Below are positions 19,220 to 28,861 of a stretch of 64,000 nt of DNA, piece after piece. Location of the stretch: positions 2,208,001-2,272,000 of the forward strand of contig CAXXQS010000001.1 in NCBI GenBank assembly GCA_963674735.2, given 5' to 3'. The DNA is from Myxococcota bacterium. Lineage in GTDB: Bacteria; Myxococcota_A; SURF-8. The number at the start of each line of letters is the position of its first letter. Positions within the stretch are counted from its first letter, which is position 1. The translations under genes were made by a program, and so were the position numbers. The notes below the pieces were generated by a model. It was not told the origin of the DNA. It did no database searches and saw only the letters and a program-made list of their open reading frames with translations.

Positions 19220-20374
19220 TCAGGCCGCATTTTCGCGAACGGTAACCGCGATCTTGTTGAACACCGTCAACGCCGCAATGCCCAGCGAATAGATGCCCAA
19301 GGCAATCAAAACTTCAGGCAAAGTGGGGAAATACTCGTTCACATGCCCCAGCGGACTCGGAACGAAACCGGTGATGACGAGATCGATGCCTTTGTCGATC
19401 CACAGACCGACAATGACCATTACGCAAGTCGGGAGAAGGACTTTCTCGTTATTCCGCAAACTCGGCACCAGCAAAATACCCAAAGCAACGAGTGTCAAAA
19501 CAGCGGATGTCCAGGCAAACGGCACCAACCCCGTCTGACCGTCCATACCGAAGTACAGGTAATGGAAGTGATGCATGTGCTCGGGGATATTGCTGTAGAG
19601 GCCGGTGAAAAATTCCATGGCCACGAAAAAGACGTTGGCACACATCGCGTAAGTGACGATGACCGACAGCTTTTTGATCGGCTCGGAACCCGCATCGAAT
19701 TTGGTGAAACGACGCAGGATCATCACCAAAATGATCAGCAGGGAGGGACCCGCCGCAAAGGCCGAGGCCAGGAAGCGCGGAGCCATGATGGCCGTCATCC
19801 AGAAAGAGCGCGCGCCCAGACCGGCATAAAGGAACGCCGTGACGGTGTGAATGGAAACCGCCCAGGGAATCGACAGAATGATAATCGGCTTGATCCACTT
19901 GGGAGGAGCGATCTGCTTCTTCTCGGCGGAGAAGGTCACCCGCGTAATCACCACATTCAACAGCAGATAGCCTGATAAAACCGACATATCCCAAAACATC
20001 AACGAATTCGGTGAGGGATATAGAATGACATTCTGCACACGCGAGGGACCGCCCATGTCCACGAAAATGAACAACATGCAGACCAGAACCGACGAAATCG
20101 CGACGAATTCGCCGATTACCGTGATTTTACCGAAGGTCTTGTAATTATGCAGGTAATACGGCAGAACCACCATCACAGCAGACGCCGCAACACCGACCAT
20201 GAACGTAAATTGGGCGATGTAAAACCCCCATGGTACGTCGCGAGACAGGCCGGTAACCGTCAAACCATTGAAATACTGGTAGAGGTAGGTAAAGAAACCG
20301 ATTCCGATGAAAACACTCAGAACCCCCAACCAGGTCCAATACCGTTTTCCTCCAACTAGAGCTTTTTCAAGCAT
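19220..20374 (-). CDS. dsrP: DsrP, NrfD/PsrC-type membrane subunit
   Basis: TGLSRDVPWGFYIAQFTFMVGVAASAVM, WAVSIHTVTAFL; about 10 TM helices; cluster context. Confidence 0.93.
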   Translation of the reverse strand: MLEKALVGGKRYWTWLGVLSVFIGIGFFTYLYQYFNGLTVTGLSRDVPWGFYIAQFTFMVGVAASAVMVVLPYYLHNYKTFGKITVIGEFVAISSVLVCMLFIFVDMGGPSRVQNVILYPSPNSLMFWDMSVLSGYLLLNVVITRVTFSAEKKQIAPPKWIKPIIILSIPWAVSIHTVTAFLYAGLGARSFWMTAIMAPRFLASAFAAGPSLLIILVMILRRFTKFDAGSEPIKKLSVIVTYAMCANVFFVAMEFFTGLYSNIPEHMHHFHYLYFGMDGQTGLVPFAWTSAVLTLVALGILLVPSLRNNEKVLLPTCVMVIVGLWIDKGIDLVITGFVPSPLGHVNEYFPTLPEVLIALGIYSLGIAALTVFNKIAVTVRENAA

Positions 20375-20381
20375 AGCGTCC

Positions 20382-21164
20382 TCATACTATGTAAAAGATG
20401 TGTGGATTCGTTCCCAGCCCAGGCTTGCGCCGGATGGTGAAGTTTTCCTGGATGAGACGACGGACCTCGGAATTCGGGTCACGCAAATCTCCGAAATACA
20501 TGGCCTTCTCCGGACAACTCTCAACGCATTTCGGTTTCTGACCGCGAGCCAAGCGTTCAGCGCAGAAATTGCATTTTTCCACAACACCTTTCGAGCGCGT
20601 CGGGAAACTGAGGTTGACATCTTCTTTCTTGAGCTTCTTGCGCGGGTCGGAGAAGTTGAAGCTACGAGATCCGTAAGGACAAGCCACGATACAATAGCGG
20701 CAACCGATGCAGCGGTGCATGTCCATCATAACGATGCCGTCTTCGCGTTTCCAGGTGGACTGTGTGGGACACACCCGGACGCAGGGCGGATTGTCGCAGT
20801 GGTTGCAGAAAACCAGCGTCGGTTTGTTCTTCAGGCTTTCCTTGAGGTATTCCGTGGATTCCTCGGCGAAGGCATTTTCGAATTTTTCCTTCCAGATCCA
20901 CTTGACCTCTTCTTGCGGGTCGTCGATCGTGGGCACGTTGTGCACTTTGTGGCAGGCATCGGCGCACACGTTGCAATCCGGCTTTTCCATGCACTTTCGC
21001 AGGTCCACCACCATGGCCCAACGACCGCCCTTCAACGCTTGCCCCAAGCTGACCGGCTCCGCCGCAGCCAGATCGTTGGTCAGAGCCTCGAAAACCGGCT
21101 TGCCACCGATTAACGCGACCGAGCAACCTGCAATCTTCAGAAATTTGCGTCTACTCGTATCCAT
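20382..21164 (-). CDS. dsrO: DsrO, periplasmic 4Fe-4S protein
   Basis: Tat signal SRRKFLK; CNHCDNPPCVRVCP, CIGCRYCIVACP, KCNFC. Confidence 0.93.
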   Translation of the reverse strand: MDTSRRKFLKIAGCSVALIGGKPVFEALTNDLAAAEPVSLGQALKGGRWAMVVDLRKCMEKPDCNVCADACHKVHNVPTIDDPQEEVKWIWKEKFENAFAEESTEYLKESLKNKPTLVFCNHCDNPPCVRVCPTQSTWKREDGIVMMDMHRCIGCRYCIVACPYGSRSFNFSDPRKKLKKEDVNLSFPTRSKGVVEKCNFCAERLARGQKPKCVESCPEKAMYFGDLRDPNSEVRRLIQENFTIRRKPGLGTNPHIFYIV

Positions 21165-21544
21165 TATTTGAAGTCCTCAGGATTGATGTGACAGTCCCAG
21201 CAATACGGTTTTACACCAACGTAATTATGGCATTGGTCACAAAACTCGGCTTTGCTGGTGTGGCACTGCATGCAGGTATTGGTAAGACTTTTTTCGTATT
21301 TTTTCCCATCCGGCGCGACATGCACCCGGGAGCCTTCACGCACAACCTCATCCCGCCACGTGTTCAGCAAATCCATGTGATAGGCCTTCATGTAATCGGT
21401 GGCCATCACACAATTCCCACCACCCGGAGGCAGTTTAGGGTCTGGCGCCGTTGCTTTGCCGTTGGCAGCATTGTACCAGACAGGGAACAGGATCAGGATC
21501 AGGAAGATCACCAATCCGGTGAGGATCTTTCCCTTGTCATACAT
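21164..21544 (-). CDS. dsrJ: DsrJ, triheme cytochrome c
   Basis: N-terminal TM; CV....YM...HMDLL..WRD; CMQCH, CDQCH, CWDCH. Confidence 0.93.
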   Translation of the reverse strand: MYDKGKILTGLVIFLILILFPVWYNAANGKATAPDPKLPPGGGNCVMATDYMKAYHMDLLNTWRDEVVREGSRVHVAPDGKKYEKSLTNTCMQCHTSKAEFCDQCHNYVGVKPYCWDCHINPEDFK

Positions 21545-23201
21545 GGCTATCCTCCTCCGTTTTCTGCTCGCCGCCTTCTTCCGGCGTCTCTGCCTCGGGC
21601 TCGACGTATGTCGGCAGAGTGTTCATGCGCAGATCCATCTCACGGTTCTGGTCGTTATCATCGAAGACCAGAGCATTGGCGACCAATTCGTGAATACCGC
21701 CAACTTCCACGCCCGGCACCCAGTAATTCATCAACGACGGCAACACGGCCTTATCGATGGCGCAAACGCAGGAGAGAAAATTGACTCCGTGTTTATCATG
21801 GACAAACTTAACGGCATTGGCACGCGGCATACCGCCACGCATGCGCATTTCCATGTTTTCGTCGTTGCCGAGACCCGCACCACCACCGCAGCAGAAAGTC
21901 TGCTCGCGAATCGTATTCTCCGGCATCTCGTGGAAATTGTTCACCACGTTATTGAGAATGTAGCGCGGTTCATCCAACAAGCCCATCGCACGCGAAGGAT
22001 TGCAGGAATCGTGATAGGTTACGTTGTAGTGGTCATTACGCCGCGGATCCAGCTTCAACTTGTTATGCTTGATCAAGTCGGCAGTAAACTCGCAGATATG
22101 GACCATTTTGGTGGAAGCGGCGTTTTTGAAAACGGTTCCGGTGATCGGCGACTTCGGAACTTCCATAAAGTCCGCCGGTCCGTTCATGGTGTCCATGTAC
22201 TGGTTGACCACACGCCACATGTGACCGCACTCACCGCCCAGGATCCATTTGGAACCCAGTCGCTTGGCTTCGGCGTACATCTTGGCGTTTAGTCGCTTCA
22301 TCATATCGTGCGAAGTAAACAGACCGAAATTGCCGCCTTCGGAAGCATAGGCGCTGAAGGTGTAATCGAGGTCCAGATACTCGAACAGAAGCATGTATCC
22401 CATCAAGGTGTAGATGGCCGGATCGGCGAAAACATCACCCGAGGGAGTGATAAACAGAATCTCCGCACCTTTGCGATTGAAAGTGGGGTGAACCTGAATT
22501 CCCGTCGCGTCCTTCAACTCATCGACATTGAAATCGATGTTGTCTCGGAACGTATGCGGCAACAGACCGAGATGGTTACCGGTCCGGAAGCAGCTGGCCG
22601 CCGGATCAAGTACCCAGTTGATGTTGCAGCCAACCAAATTGAGCAACTCGCGACCGATCATCGTAATCTCGGCCGTATCGATGCCGTAAGGGCAGAACAC
22701 GGAACAACGACGACACTCGGTGCACTGGAAGAAATAGTAGAACCATTCCTTGATGACATCCGTGGTCAGCTCGCGCCCCCCGGCCCATTTTCCGAGAATT
22801 TTACCCGCCAGGGTGAAATCTTTGCGATAAATCGAGCGGATCAGTTCGGCGCGTAGAACCGGCATGTTTTTCGGATCGCCGGAACCGATGAAGAAGTGAC
22901 ATTTGTCGGCACAGGCTCCGCATCGGACGCAAACGTCCATAAAGAGCCGGAAACTGCGATACTTGTCTATCCGCTCGCGAATCCCCTCGAAAATGATTTC
23001 CTTCCAATTTTCGGGGAGCTGCCAATCATCATCGGTGGGGCTCCATTTGCGTGGATTGGGAAGATCCAGATATTTCAGATTATCCGCCGTAGCCGGGTAA
23101 CTCCAAGTACCGGGACGAAAATCGGTTTTTTTATCCATCCACCCCTGGGCGGGCGGATCGTAACTTATCTGGACAAGTTCTTCTGGCTTCGGAGGTTTCA
23201 T
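21537..23201 (-). CDS. dsrK: DsrK, HdrD-like FeS subunit
   Basis: CVRCGACADKC, CTECRRCSVFCP, GECGHMWR, YHDSCN, CCGGGAG; ATGA overlap with dsrM. Confidence 0.95.
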   Translation of the reverse strand: MKPPKPEELVQISYDPPAQGWMDKKTDFRPGTWSYPATADNLKYLDLPNPRKWSPTDDDWQLPENWKEIIFEGIRERIDKYRSFRLFMDVCVRCGACADKCHFFIGSGDPKNMPVLRAELIRSIYRKDFTLAGKILGKWAGGRELTTDVIKEWFYYFFQCTECRRCSVFCPYGIDTAEITMIGRELLNLVGCNINWVLDPAASCFRTGNHLGLLPHTFRDNIDFNVDELKDATGIQVHPTFNRKGAEILFITPSGDVFADPAIYTLMGYMLLFEYLDLDYTFSAYASEGGNFGLFTSHDMMKRLNAKMYAEAKRLGSKWILGGECGHMWRVVNQYMDTMNGPADFMEVPKSPITGTVFKNAASTKMVHICEFTADLIKHNKLKLDPRRNDHYNVTYHDSCNPSRAMGLLDEPRYILNNVVNNFHEMPENTIREQTFCCGGGAGLGNDENMEMRMRGGMPRANAVKFVHDKHGVNFLSCVCAIDKAVLPSLMNYWVPGVEVGGIHELVANALVFDDNDQNREMDLRMNTLPTYVEPEAETPEEGGEQKTEEDSHV

Positions 23202-24220
23202 TCGTGCCACTCCTCATTATCTAGCGGAATCTCCGCTGCCTTCAGCAGGTCGCGGTTTTCTTCTTCCCACTCATGATAGTCGTGAGTTTTAACCGGGTGG
23301 TTCCAGGGATTGACATGACGCACAGCCCGGTTATTGTTAGATAAATTGCGCGTCGGGCTTAAGAACACGCCTCCCAAATGCATCAGTTTGCTAAATGGGA
23401 AATACATGAACAACGCACAAACAAGGAACAAGTGGATATAGAACAGTGAGCCGATTCCCTCCGGCACCGTCGGGCTGAAGGTCAGCAGGCCCATTGCCAG
23501 TTCTTTCACACCCACCAAATCCACCTTGGTGAAATAGCGCATCATAACGCCGGTGACACCGATGGCGAAAATCAGGAACAGCGGGAAATAGTCGGCTGGC
23601 AGAGAGATGTAGCGCAGTTGCGGCGACACCACCCGTCTCAGAAACAAATAGGTCACGGCCGCGAGCAGCCCCAAGTCGCTGAGGTAAAGGATGGGCACGC
23701 CGATTTGGGCGAAACTATCCAAGCTTTCAGCCAACTGGATGAAACCCGGAACCGGCTCGGCAAAAAAGCGCAGGTGGCGAACAAAAATAAGCAGGAAGGT
23801 ATAGTGGAATGCCAGTCCGGCCGCCCACAACCATTTGTTCGAGCCGTAGACCAAGCGGGTGCCGTCTTCATTGTGCAATTCCGCCTTAGTATTGCGGAAA
23901 AGCGACCGGAAGAACAGAACCTCAAGCACCATCCGTAGAAAAGCGCCCTTCCCGGAGGAAGGATTCTCAATGGTGTCGTGCTTGATCCAGTCAAGCGATT
24001 TCTGCTGTCCGCAAGTCGTCGGAATCCGGAACGGCACCGGAGACTGAGCCCATTTGACAATGCGGTACACAAACCCCACCAAAAAGACCAGTATGGCCAG
24101 ATAGGGAATGATCACGCCGAAGACCATATCCAGGCCTATAGCTCCGACCCCAAGCCACGCCAACGCGATGAGCGCCGCAATAGCCAGTAAGGAGAAAACC
24201 AGTGAACCTAGGGCATTCAT
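23198..24220 (-). CDS. dsrM: DsrM, NarI-like cytochrome b
   Basis: PVPFRIPTTCGQQKSL, FFRSLFRNT, FH..RHLRFF, YFPFSKLMH. Confidence 0.95.
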   Translation of the reverse strand: MNALGSLVFSLLAIAALIALAWLGVGAIGLDMVFGVIIPYLAILVFLVGFVYRIVKWAQSPVPFRIPTTCGQQKSLDWIKHDTIENPSSGKGAFLRMVLEVLFFRSLFRNTKAELHNEDGTRLVYGSNKWLWAAGLAFHYTFLLIFVRHLRFFAEPVPGFIQLAESLDSFAQIGVPILYLSDLGLLAAVTYLFLRRVVSPQLRYISLPADYFPLFLIFAIGVTGVMMRYFTKVDLVGVKELAMGLLTFSPTVPEGIGSLFYIHLFLVCALFMYFPFSKLMHLGGVFLSPTRNLSNNNRAVRHVNPWNHPVKTHDYHEWEEENRDLLKAAEIPLDNEEWHE

Positions 24221-24241
24221 CTGCCGCAACCTCGCTTCGTG

Positions 24242-24787
24242 TTAATTGTTCGTATCGGTATCCGGCTCGATCAACGCCGGATCCTTGACAAGCATCGCTT
24301 CGTAGCGTTTCAATATGCGCTGATGGCGGTTTCTCAACTCCCGAGCCTTGATGTCGAGAATTTTCTCGCGGCACCCCATATAGGCATCGAAAGCCACGAG
24401 CAGCACCTGATCCAAAGCCAAATCGAAATCCATGATTTCACGTAACAAATCCGTATCGCTGTCATCCTTCAGCAATTCGTCCCGGACTGCATAGCGCAAT
24501 AGCGAGACGAACGCGACGGCCTGTCCAGCCGAGAATTCTTGAATAGCCCTTACCCGCACCAGTCCGTCGACCGCCTGCGCGTAGTAATCACCGTCTGCAT
24601 GCTGCAGCAGTCCATCAAATATAGCTTGGATACATTCTTGAATATTGTAACCGACCGGATTCGCAAAACGATCCTTTTCCCTTGCAAAAAAGCGAGCCGT
24701 CTCGGCAGGATAGGTGCCCGCAATCAACTCCGCCCAGCGCTTTAAAATTTGTTTTTTGTGTTCGGCCAGCCGATCCTCAATCGCCAT
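24242..24787 (-). CDS. dsrT: DsrT (RsbRD N-terminal domain protein)
   Basis: W...IAGTYP..DRFANPVG..VRVRAIQEF..AFDAYMGCREKI; directly upstream of dsrM. Confidence 0.85.
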   Translation of the reverse strand: MAIEDRLAEHKKQILKRWAELIAGTYPAETARFFAREKDRFANPVGYNIQECIQAIFDGLLQHADGDYYAQAVDGLVRVRAIQEFSAGQAVAFVSLLRYAVRDELLKDDSDTDLLREIMDFDLALDQVLLVAFDAYMGCREKILDIKARELRNRHQRILKRYEAMLVKDPALIEPDTDTNN

Positions 24788-25099
24788 CGCTACTTCTACC
24801 TCATCGGGAAATGCCGGCACACCGTGGTGGCTTCTCGTACATATTGGTCGCCACCCAAGCTAGCTGGAGCCAACTCCAAAGTCCAATAGATTACAAGAAT
24901 GACACTTATTACCGAGTATTCAGAGGAACATACATCCCGAATAAGCGCCATTGGTCCGCTCAATACAGACCGCAGCTTGTAACCCTGCATAGGATTACGC
25001 AATTATGTATATAACCGGGTTGCGAGAGACAGCACTGCAGTAAAACTGATGACACAGCACCAACGGACCCTTCTTTGTCGCACCCGAAAAGAAGAGACC

Positions 25100-25149
25100 C
25101 AAATCAAAATCGCAGGGCGGTCCGATCACGAGAACCGTAACCGCCCTGC
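25100..25149 (-). terminator. Hairpin/terminator after dsrC
   Basis: GCAGGGCGGT...ACCGCCCTGC followed on the minus strand by GATTTTGATTT. Confidence 0.5.
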
Positions 25150-25159
25150 ATCGATCAGC

Positions 25160-25477
25160 TTAGACACAACCGGTGGGCTTGGGAAGACCCGCGAGCTTGC
25201 AGGCACCCTTCGCCGGGCCACTCGGGAACATTTCGTAGATGGTCTTCAGCTGGAAGCCGCTCTCTTTGCAGAGCTTGCGGATCATCGGCGCAACACCGAA
25301 TTTCTTATAATAATCGCGCAGATAGTTCATCAGCTTCCAGTGATCTTCGGTCAGATCGGTGATATCCTCCGTCTCGGCCAACGCAATGGCGATATCTTCG
25401 GTCCAATCGTCGGGATTGACGAGGAATCCATCTTCATCCAGCTCTACTTTGACGTTACCCTTTTCAAACATCGGCAT
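25160..25477 (-). CDS. dsrC: DsrC sulfur carrier
   Basis: DEDGFL..W, FPSGPAKGACKLAGLPKPTGCV with both C-terminal cysteines. Confidence 0.97.
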   Translation of the reverse strand: MPMFEKGNVKVELDEDGFLVNPDDWTEDIAIALAETEDITDLTEDHWKLMNYLRDYYKKFGVAPMIRKLCKESGFQLKTIYEMFPSGPAKGACKLAGLPKPTGCV

Positions 25478-25574
25478 AGGTAATTCCTCCTAGCAAGATT
25501 GGTTGACAAGTCGCGTAGCCTTTACGTCTAACGCATCTGATCGGGATATCCCGAAAACAAACCTTATTAATCGG

Positions 25575-26129
25575 TCAGGAACGCATTTTCTTTGCAAATT
25601 CCGGGCTCGGCTTGGCTCCCATGGCCACCGCCTTATTGAAAAATTCGCGAGCATCGGAAGTGCGGTCCATCGAATCGTACACAACCGCCATGCCATAGAG
25701 AGCATTGGCGTTCTTATTCTGCTTTTCCAAAATCGCCTGAAAACGCTTCAGCGCTTCGTCGTGATTGCCTTTCATCAAATGCGCATAAGCGACATTCAAC
25801 TTCGCTTCGTTCATTTTGGGATTCAATTCCAATGCTTTTTCGTTGTAAGCGATGCTGGCATCCCAATTCTGTGCACCAAAAGCCAAGCCCCCCAGGTTCA
25901 CCATGGCTTCAACCATATTGGGGTTATGCTCAAGCGCTTTTTTGAAAGCGATTTCCGCATTCCCGCTCTGGCCTTTCTCGGCGAACGCAAAGCCGATGTT
26001 ATACCAAGCAACCGGGGATGTCTGATGAAACGAAACATACTCCAAATGGCGATCGATCAGGTCGTCCCATGTTCCCTCGGAGGGATTGAACATGGCGGCG
26101 ATTTCTTTTTTTGTAATGACAGATTCCAC
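25575..26129 (-). CDS. Tetratricopeptide repeat protein
   Basis: About four TPR units (AWYNIG..A..AFKKALEHNP, AMVNLG..ALELNP, AKLNVA, ALYGMA). Confidence 0.85.
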   Translation of the reverse strand: MESVITKKEIAAMFNPSEGTWDDLIDRHLEYVSFHQTSPVAWYNIGFAFAEKGQSGNAEIAFKKALEHNPNMVEAMVNLGGLAFGAQNWDASIAYNEKALELNPKMNEAKLNVAYAHLMKGNHDEALKRFQAILEKQNKNANALYGMAVVYDSMDRTSDAREFFNKAVAMGAKPSPEFAKKMRS

Positions 26130-26180
26130 GTTATTAATCCTTACCCTACAAACACGACATATCTTTATGGCATTATCAGC

Positions 26181-27605
26181 TCACGCCGTCAATGCCATCT
26201 GCATCGATTTTTTTCCTGTCGCCGGTTCTTCCTTGATTTTACTGTATTTTTCAGCAGCTCGTATTATCGCTTTTGCCCAGCTTGGCGTCGCACAAGCGTG
26301 CAAATGCGTATAAAGCGCGAGAATATTGCGATGCAAGATCCCGTCGCGCCCCGCACCGACACCCGCACCGCGCAAGACAGCACAAGCCGTATCCGCCACC
26401 TTGCCTTCAACTCCGCTATAGTGGAACTCATGTCCCACAAGCTGCGTCCCGACATCGAAAAATGGGTTCGGCCGGTCGACGGACAATTCGGCGTAGCCAT
26501 GCCCCTGCGGTTTCGCATGCATCCGGACATCGATGGGTAGCGCACCGCACATCTCATACTTCCGCCCATCGTGATGGATCGACCTTGCCAAGTACATCAA
26601 GCCACCACATTCGGCATATATCGGCAACCCGGTTTTCGCCGCATCACCGATCGCTTTTCTCAATGAGCGATTTCCAACCAGATGTTCGATGTGAGTTTCC
26701 GGGAACCCGCCACCGATATACAACGCATCGATTGGGGGAAGCTGAGTATCCTCCATGGAACGGATGGTCACCAATCGGGCACCCGCACGTTCAAGAGCTT
26801 CAATATTTTCAGGATAATAGAAAGAAAAAGCACCGTCTTTTAGAATACCGATACGAACCGAGGCTGCGGGTTTATCGGCAATTTCCACCGACGCAGCCGG
26901 TATGGTAGATAAATTAGATAAACGCTCATCTAAAGCTTTAAGATCAAGATGTTTTTCGATAACTTGTCCGGCATAGGCCAGACTTTCCTCCAAGCCTTGG
27001 TACTCATCAACCGGAACCAATCCAAGATGTCGTCCGGGGATGCGATGCTCGGCGGGCAGCTTCGGAATGGCCCCCAATACAGGGATTCCACAAATTTCTT
27101 CGATAGCTTGCGTCGCAACCCGAACATGCCGCTTTCCGGCAACACGATTCAAAACTACCCCGACGAACGATACGTCCGGATCCAAATGCTGCATACCAAG
27201 AATCACAGCCGCTAACGTCCGCGTCGCTTTTGTCGCGTTGATAACGAGAAGTACGGGGGTTTTGATCAGTTTCGCCAACTCAGCCGAACTGTGCGAGCCC
27301 CGGGCACTCACACCATCGTGCAACCCACGGTTTCCTTCAATGATGGCGACATCCCCGCCACTCGCTTTCTTTGAAAAAAGCTGCGTAACCGTCTCACCGG
27401 TCATCATGTAGGTATCGAGATTGGCACAAGAAGAACCGGCGGCGGCGGCCAACCAGGCGGCATCTATATAGTCCGGACCTTTTTTGAAAACACGTACATC
27501 TCGCCCTTGCCCCCTCATGGCCGAAATCAACCCGAGAGTCACGAGGGTTTTCCCGCTATCTCCAGCCGTTCCGGCAACCAATAATCGTGGTATTTGCAAG
27601 GTCAT
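26181..27605 (-). CDS. dsrN: DsrN, siroheme amidase (cobyrinate a,c-diamide synthase family)
   Basis: GDSGKT, FKKGPDYIDA, IEGNRGLHDG, GGGFPE, AECGGLMYL, GHEFHYS; follows dsrB. Confidence 0.9.
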   Translation of the reverse strand: MTLQIPRLLVAGTAGDSGKTLVTLGLISAMRGQGRDVRVFKKGPDYIDAAWLAAAAGSSCANLDTYMMTGETVTQLFSKKASGGDVAIIEGNRGLHDGVSARGSHSSAELAKLIKTPVLLVINATKATRTLAAVILGMQHLDPDVSFVGVVLNRVAGKRHVRVATQAIEEICGIPVLGAIPKLPAEHRIPGRHLGLVPVDEYQGLEESLAYAGQVIEKHLDLKALDERLSNLSTIPAASVEIADKPAASVRIGILKDGAFSFYYPENIEALERAGARLVTIRSMEDTQLPPIDALYIGGGFPETHIEHLVGNRSLRKAIGDAAKTGLPIYAECGGLMYLARSIHHDGRKYEMCGALPIDVRMHAKPQGHGYAELSVDRPNPFFDVGTQLVGHEFHYSGVEGKVADTACAVLRGAGVGAGRDGILHRNILALYTHLHACATPSWAKAIIRAAEKYSKIKEEPATGKKSMQMALTA

Positions 27606-27676
27606 TGCCAGGGTATCGAATACTCCTAAGGCTCGCAGCCTTTCGTGAGCTCCTGTTTGCGTGTTTTCTTAAACCG

Positions 27677-27707
27677 ACTCCCCCACCCGGTTTTCGGGTG
27701 GGGGAGT
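27677..27707 (-). terminator. Strong hairpin after dsrB
   Basis: ACTCCCCCACCCG-GTTTT-CGGGTGGGGGAGT perfect 13-bp stem; weak U-tract. Confidence 0.6.
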
Positions 27708-27735
27708 AAATATCGTCATACGCTAAGCGTAGCTC

Positions 27736-28809
27736 TTACCAACGGAACTGAGTGGTGGAGCGATAACTGGCTTGCGCATGTTTGAAATCGTCGATGTGCT
27801 GCGGAGTGAAGGAGAAACCCGTCTCTTTGAAGAAGTTTTCCCAACCGATGCGGGCAATCCACTCACCAACGCGCTCATGCTTCTTGGCACCCTTCGCGTA
27901 ACAATCGACGATCGTCTTAATGGCGGCAACGGTCTCCGGCCAACGCGGGGGGTTATTCGGGATGTAAGGAATGGCCAGCTTCGAAAAAGCGGGACCACTG
28001 CGGGTGTTCGACACTTTGCCGCCTACCCAGATCGAGATACCATCGCCGTCCGGATCGGCCAGCGGCATACCGGGGCACATGGTGTAGCAGTTGCCGCAGT
28101 ACATGCATTTATCCTGGTTGACGGCAACCGTCTTCTCTTTCGGATTCGGACGAATCGCGAAGGTCGGGCACGCGGCCACGACGTTCGGGACTTCGCAGGA
28201 CTTATGCACCGCATCGTCCATGATGTGGGGCGGCTTGCGGTGGATACCCAGAATGGCGATATCCGAGCAATGCACGGCACCGCACATGTTCAGGCAGCAA
28301 GCCAGCGCGATGCGCAGTTTGCCGGGCAGTTTCATTTCGACGAAATACTCGAAGAGCTCGTCCATAACGGCCTTGACCGGACCCGACGCATCGGTAGCCG
28401 GCGTATGGCAGTGCACCCAACCCTGGGTGTGGACGATACTCGTGATACCGTTTCCGGTTCCACCGACGGGCAGGTTGCGACCGGCCAAATCGTCCAGCAG
28501 CGGCTGAACTTTGCTTTCGTCGCTCAGCAGGTATTCCACGTTGTGGCGGCTGGTGAAACGCAGGTAGCCGTCGCAGTATTTGTCCGCGATTTCGCAGTAT
28601 TCACGAATCGATTCGGTAGCGATCAAGCGACCGGAACCCTGACGCACGGTAAACAGTTTGTCACCGCCCTCAGCGACGTGAACCATCACGCCCGGCTTCA
28701 GGATCTCGTGATACTTCCACTTGCCGTAATTATTCTTGATAATCGGCGGGAGGAACTGTTTAAAATCAGGTGGCCCAATGTCAGTCTTTCCGTAGTATTG
28801 TTCTCCCAT
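27736..28809 (-). CDS. dsrB: Dissimilatory sulfite reductase beta subunit
   Basis: [56 protein letters not shown]. Confidence 0.98.
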   Translation of the reverse strand: MGEQYYGKTDIGPPDFKQFLPPIIKNNYGKWKYHEILKPGVMVHVAEGGDKLFTVRQGSGRLIATESIREYCEIADKYCDGYLRFTSRHNVEYLLSDESKVQPLLDDLAGRNLPVGGTGNGITSIVHTQGWVHCHTPATDASGPVKAVMDELFEYFVEMKLPGKLRIALACCLNMCGAVHCSDIAILGIHRKPPHIMDDAVHKSCEVPNVVAACPTFAIRPNPKEKTVAVNQDKCMYCGNCYTMCPGMPLADPDGDGISIWVGGKVSNTRSGPAFSKLAIPYIPNNPPRWPETVAAIKTIVDCYAKGAKKHERVGEWIARIGWENFFKETGFSFTPQHIDDFKHAQASYRSTTQFRW

Positions 28810-28861
28810 TATACTCTCCTTTTGGCTAGTCTTGGGATGTATAATAATCGATGCTAATCAA

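Noticed and set aside
24796-25002. 68-aa minus-strand ORF between dsrC and dsrT
   Set aside because: No convincing start, RBS or recognisable motif; more likely a promoter/leader region
25503-26540. 345-aa plus-strand ORF over the TPR gene and dsrN
   Set aside because: Antisense to clearly recognisable genes; no protein-like features
26181-27605. cbiA/cobB of cobalamin synthesis
   Set aside because: Position after dsrB and the absence of other cob/cbi ring-modification genes indicate dsrN
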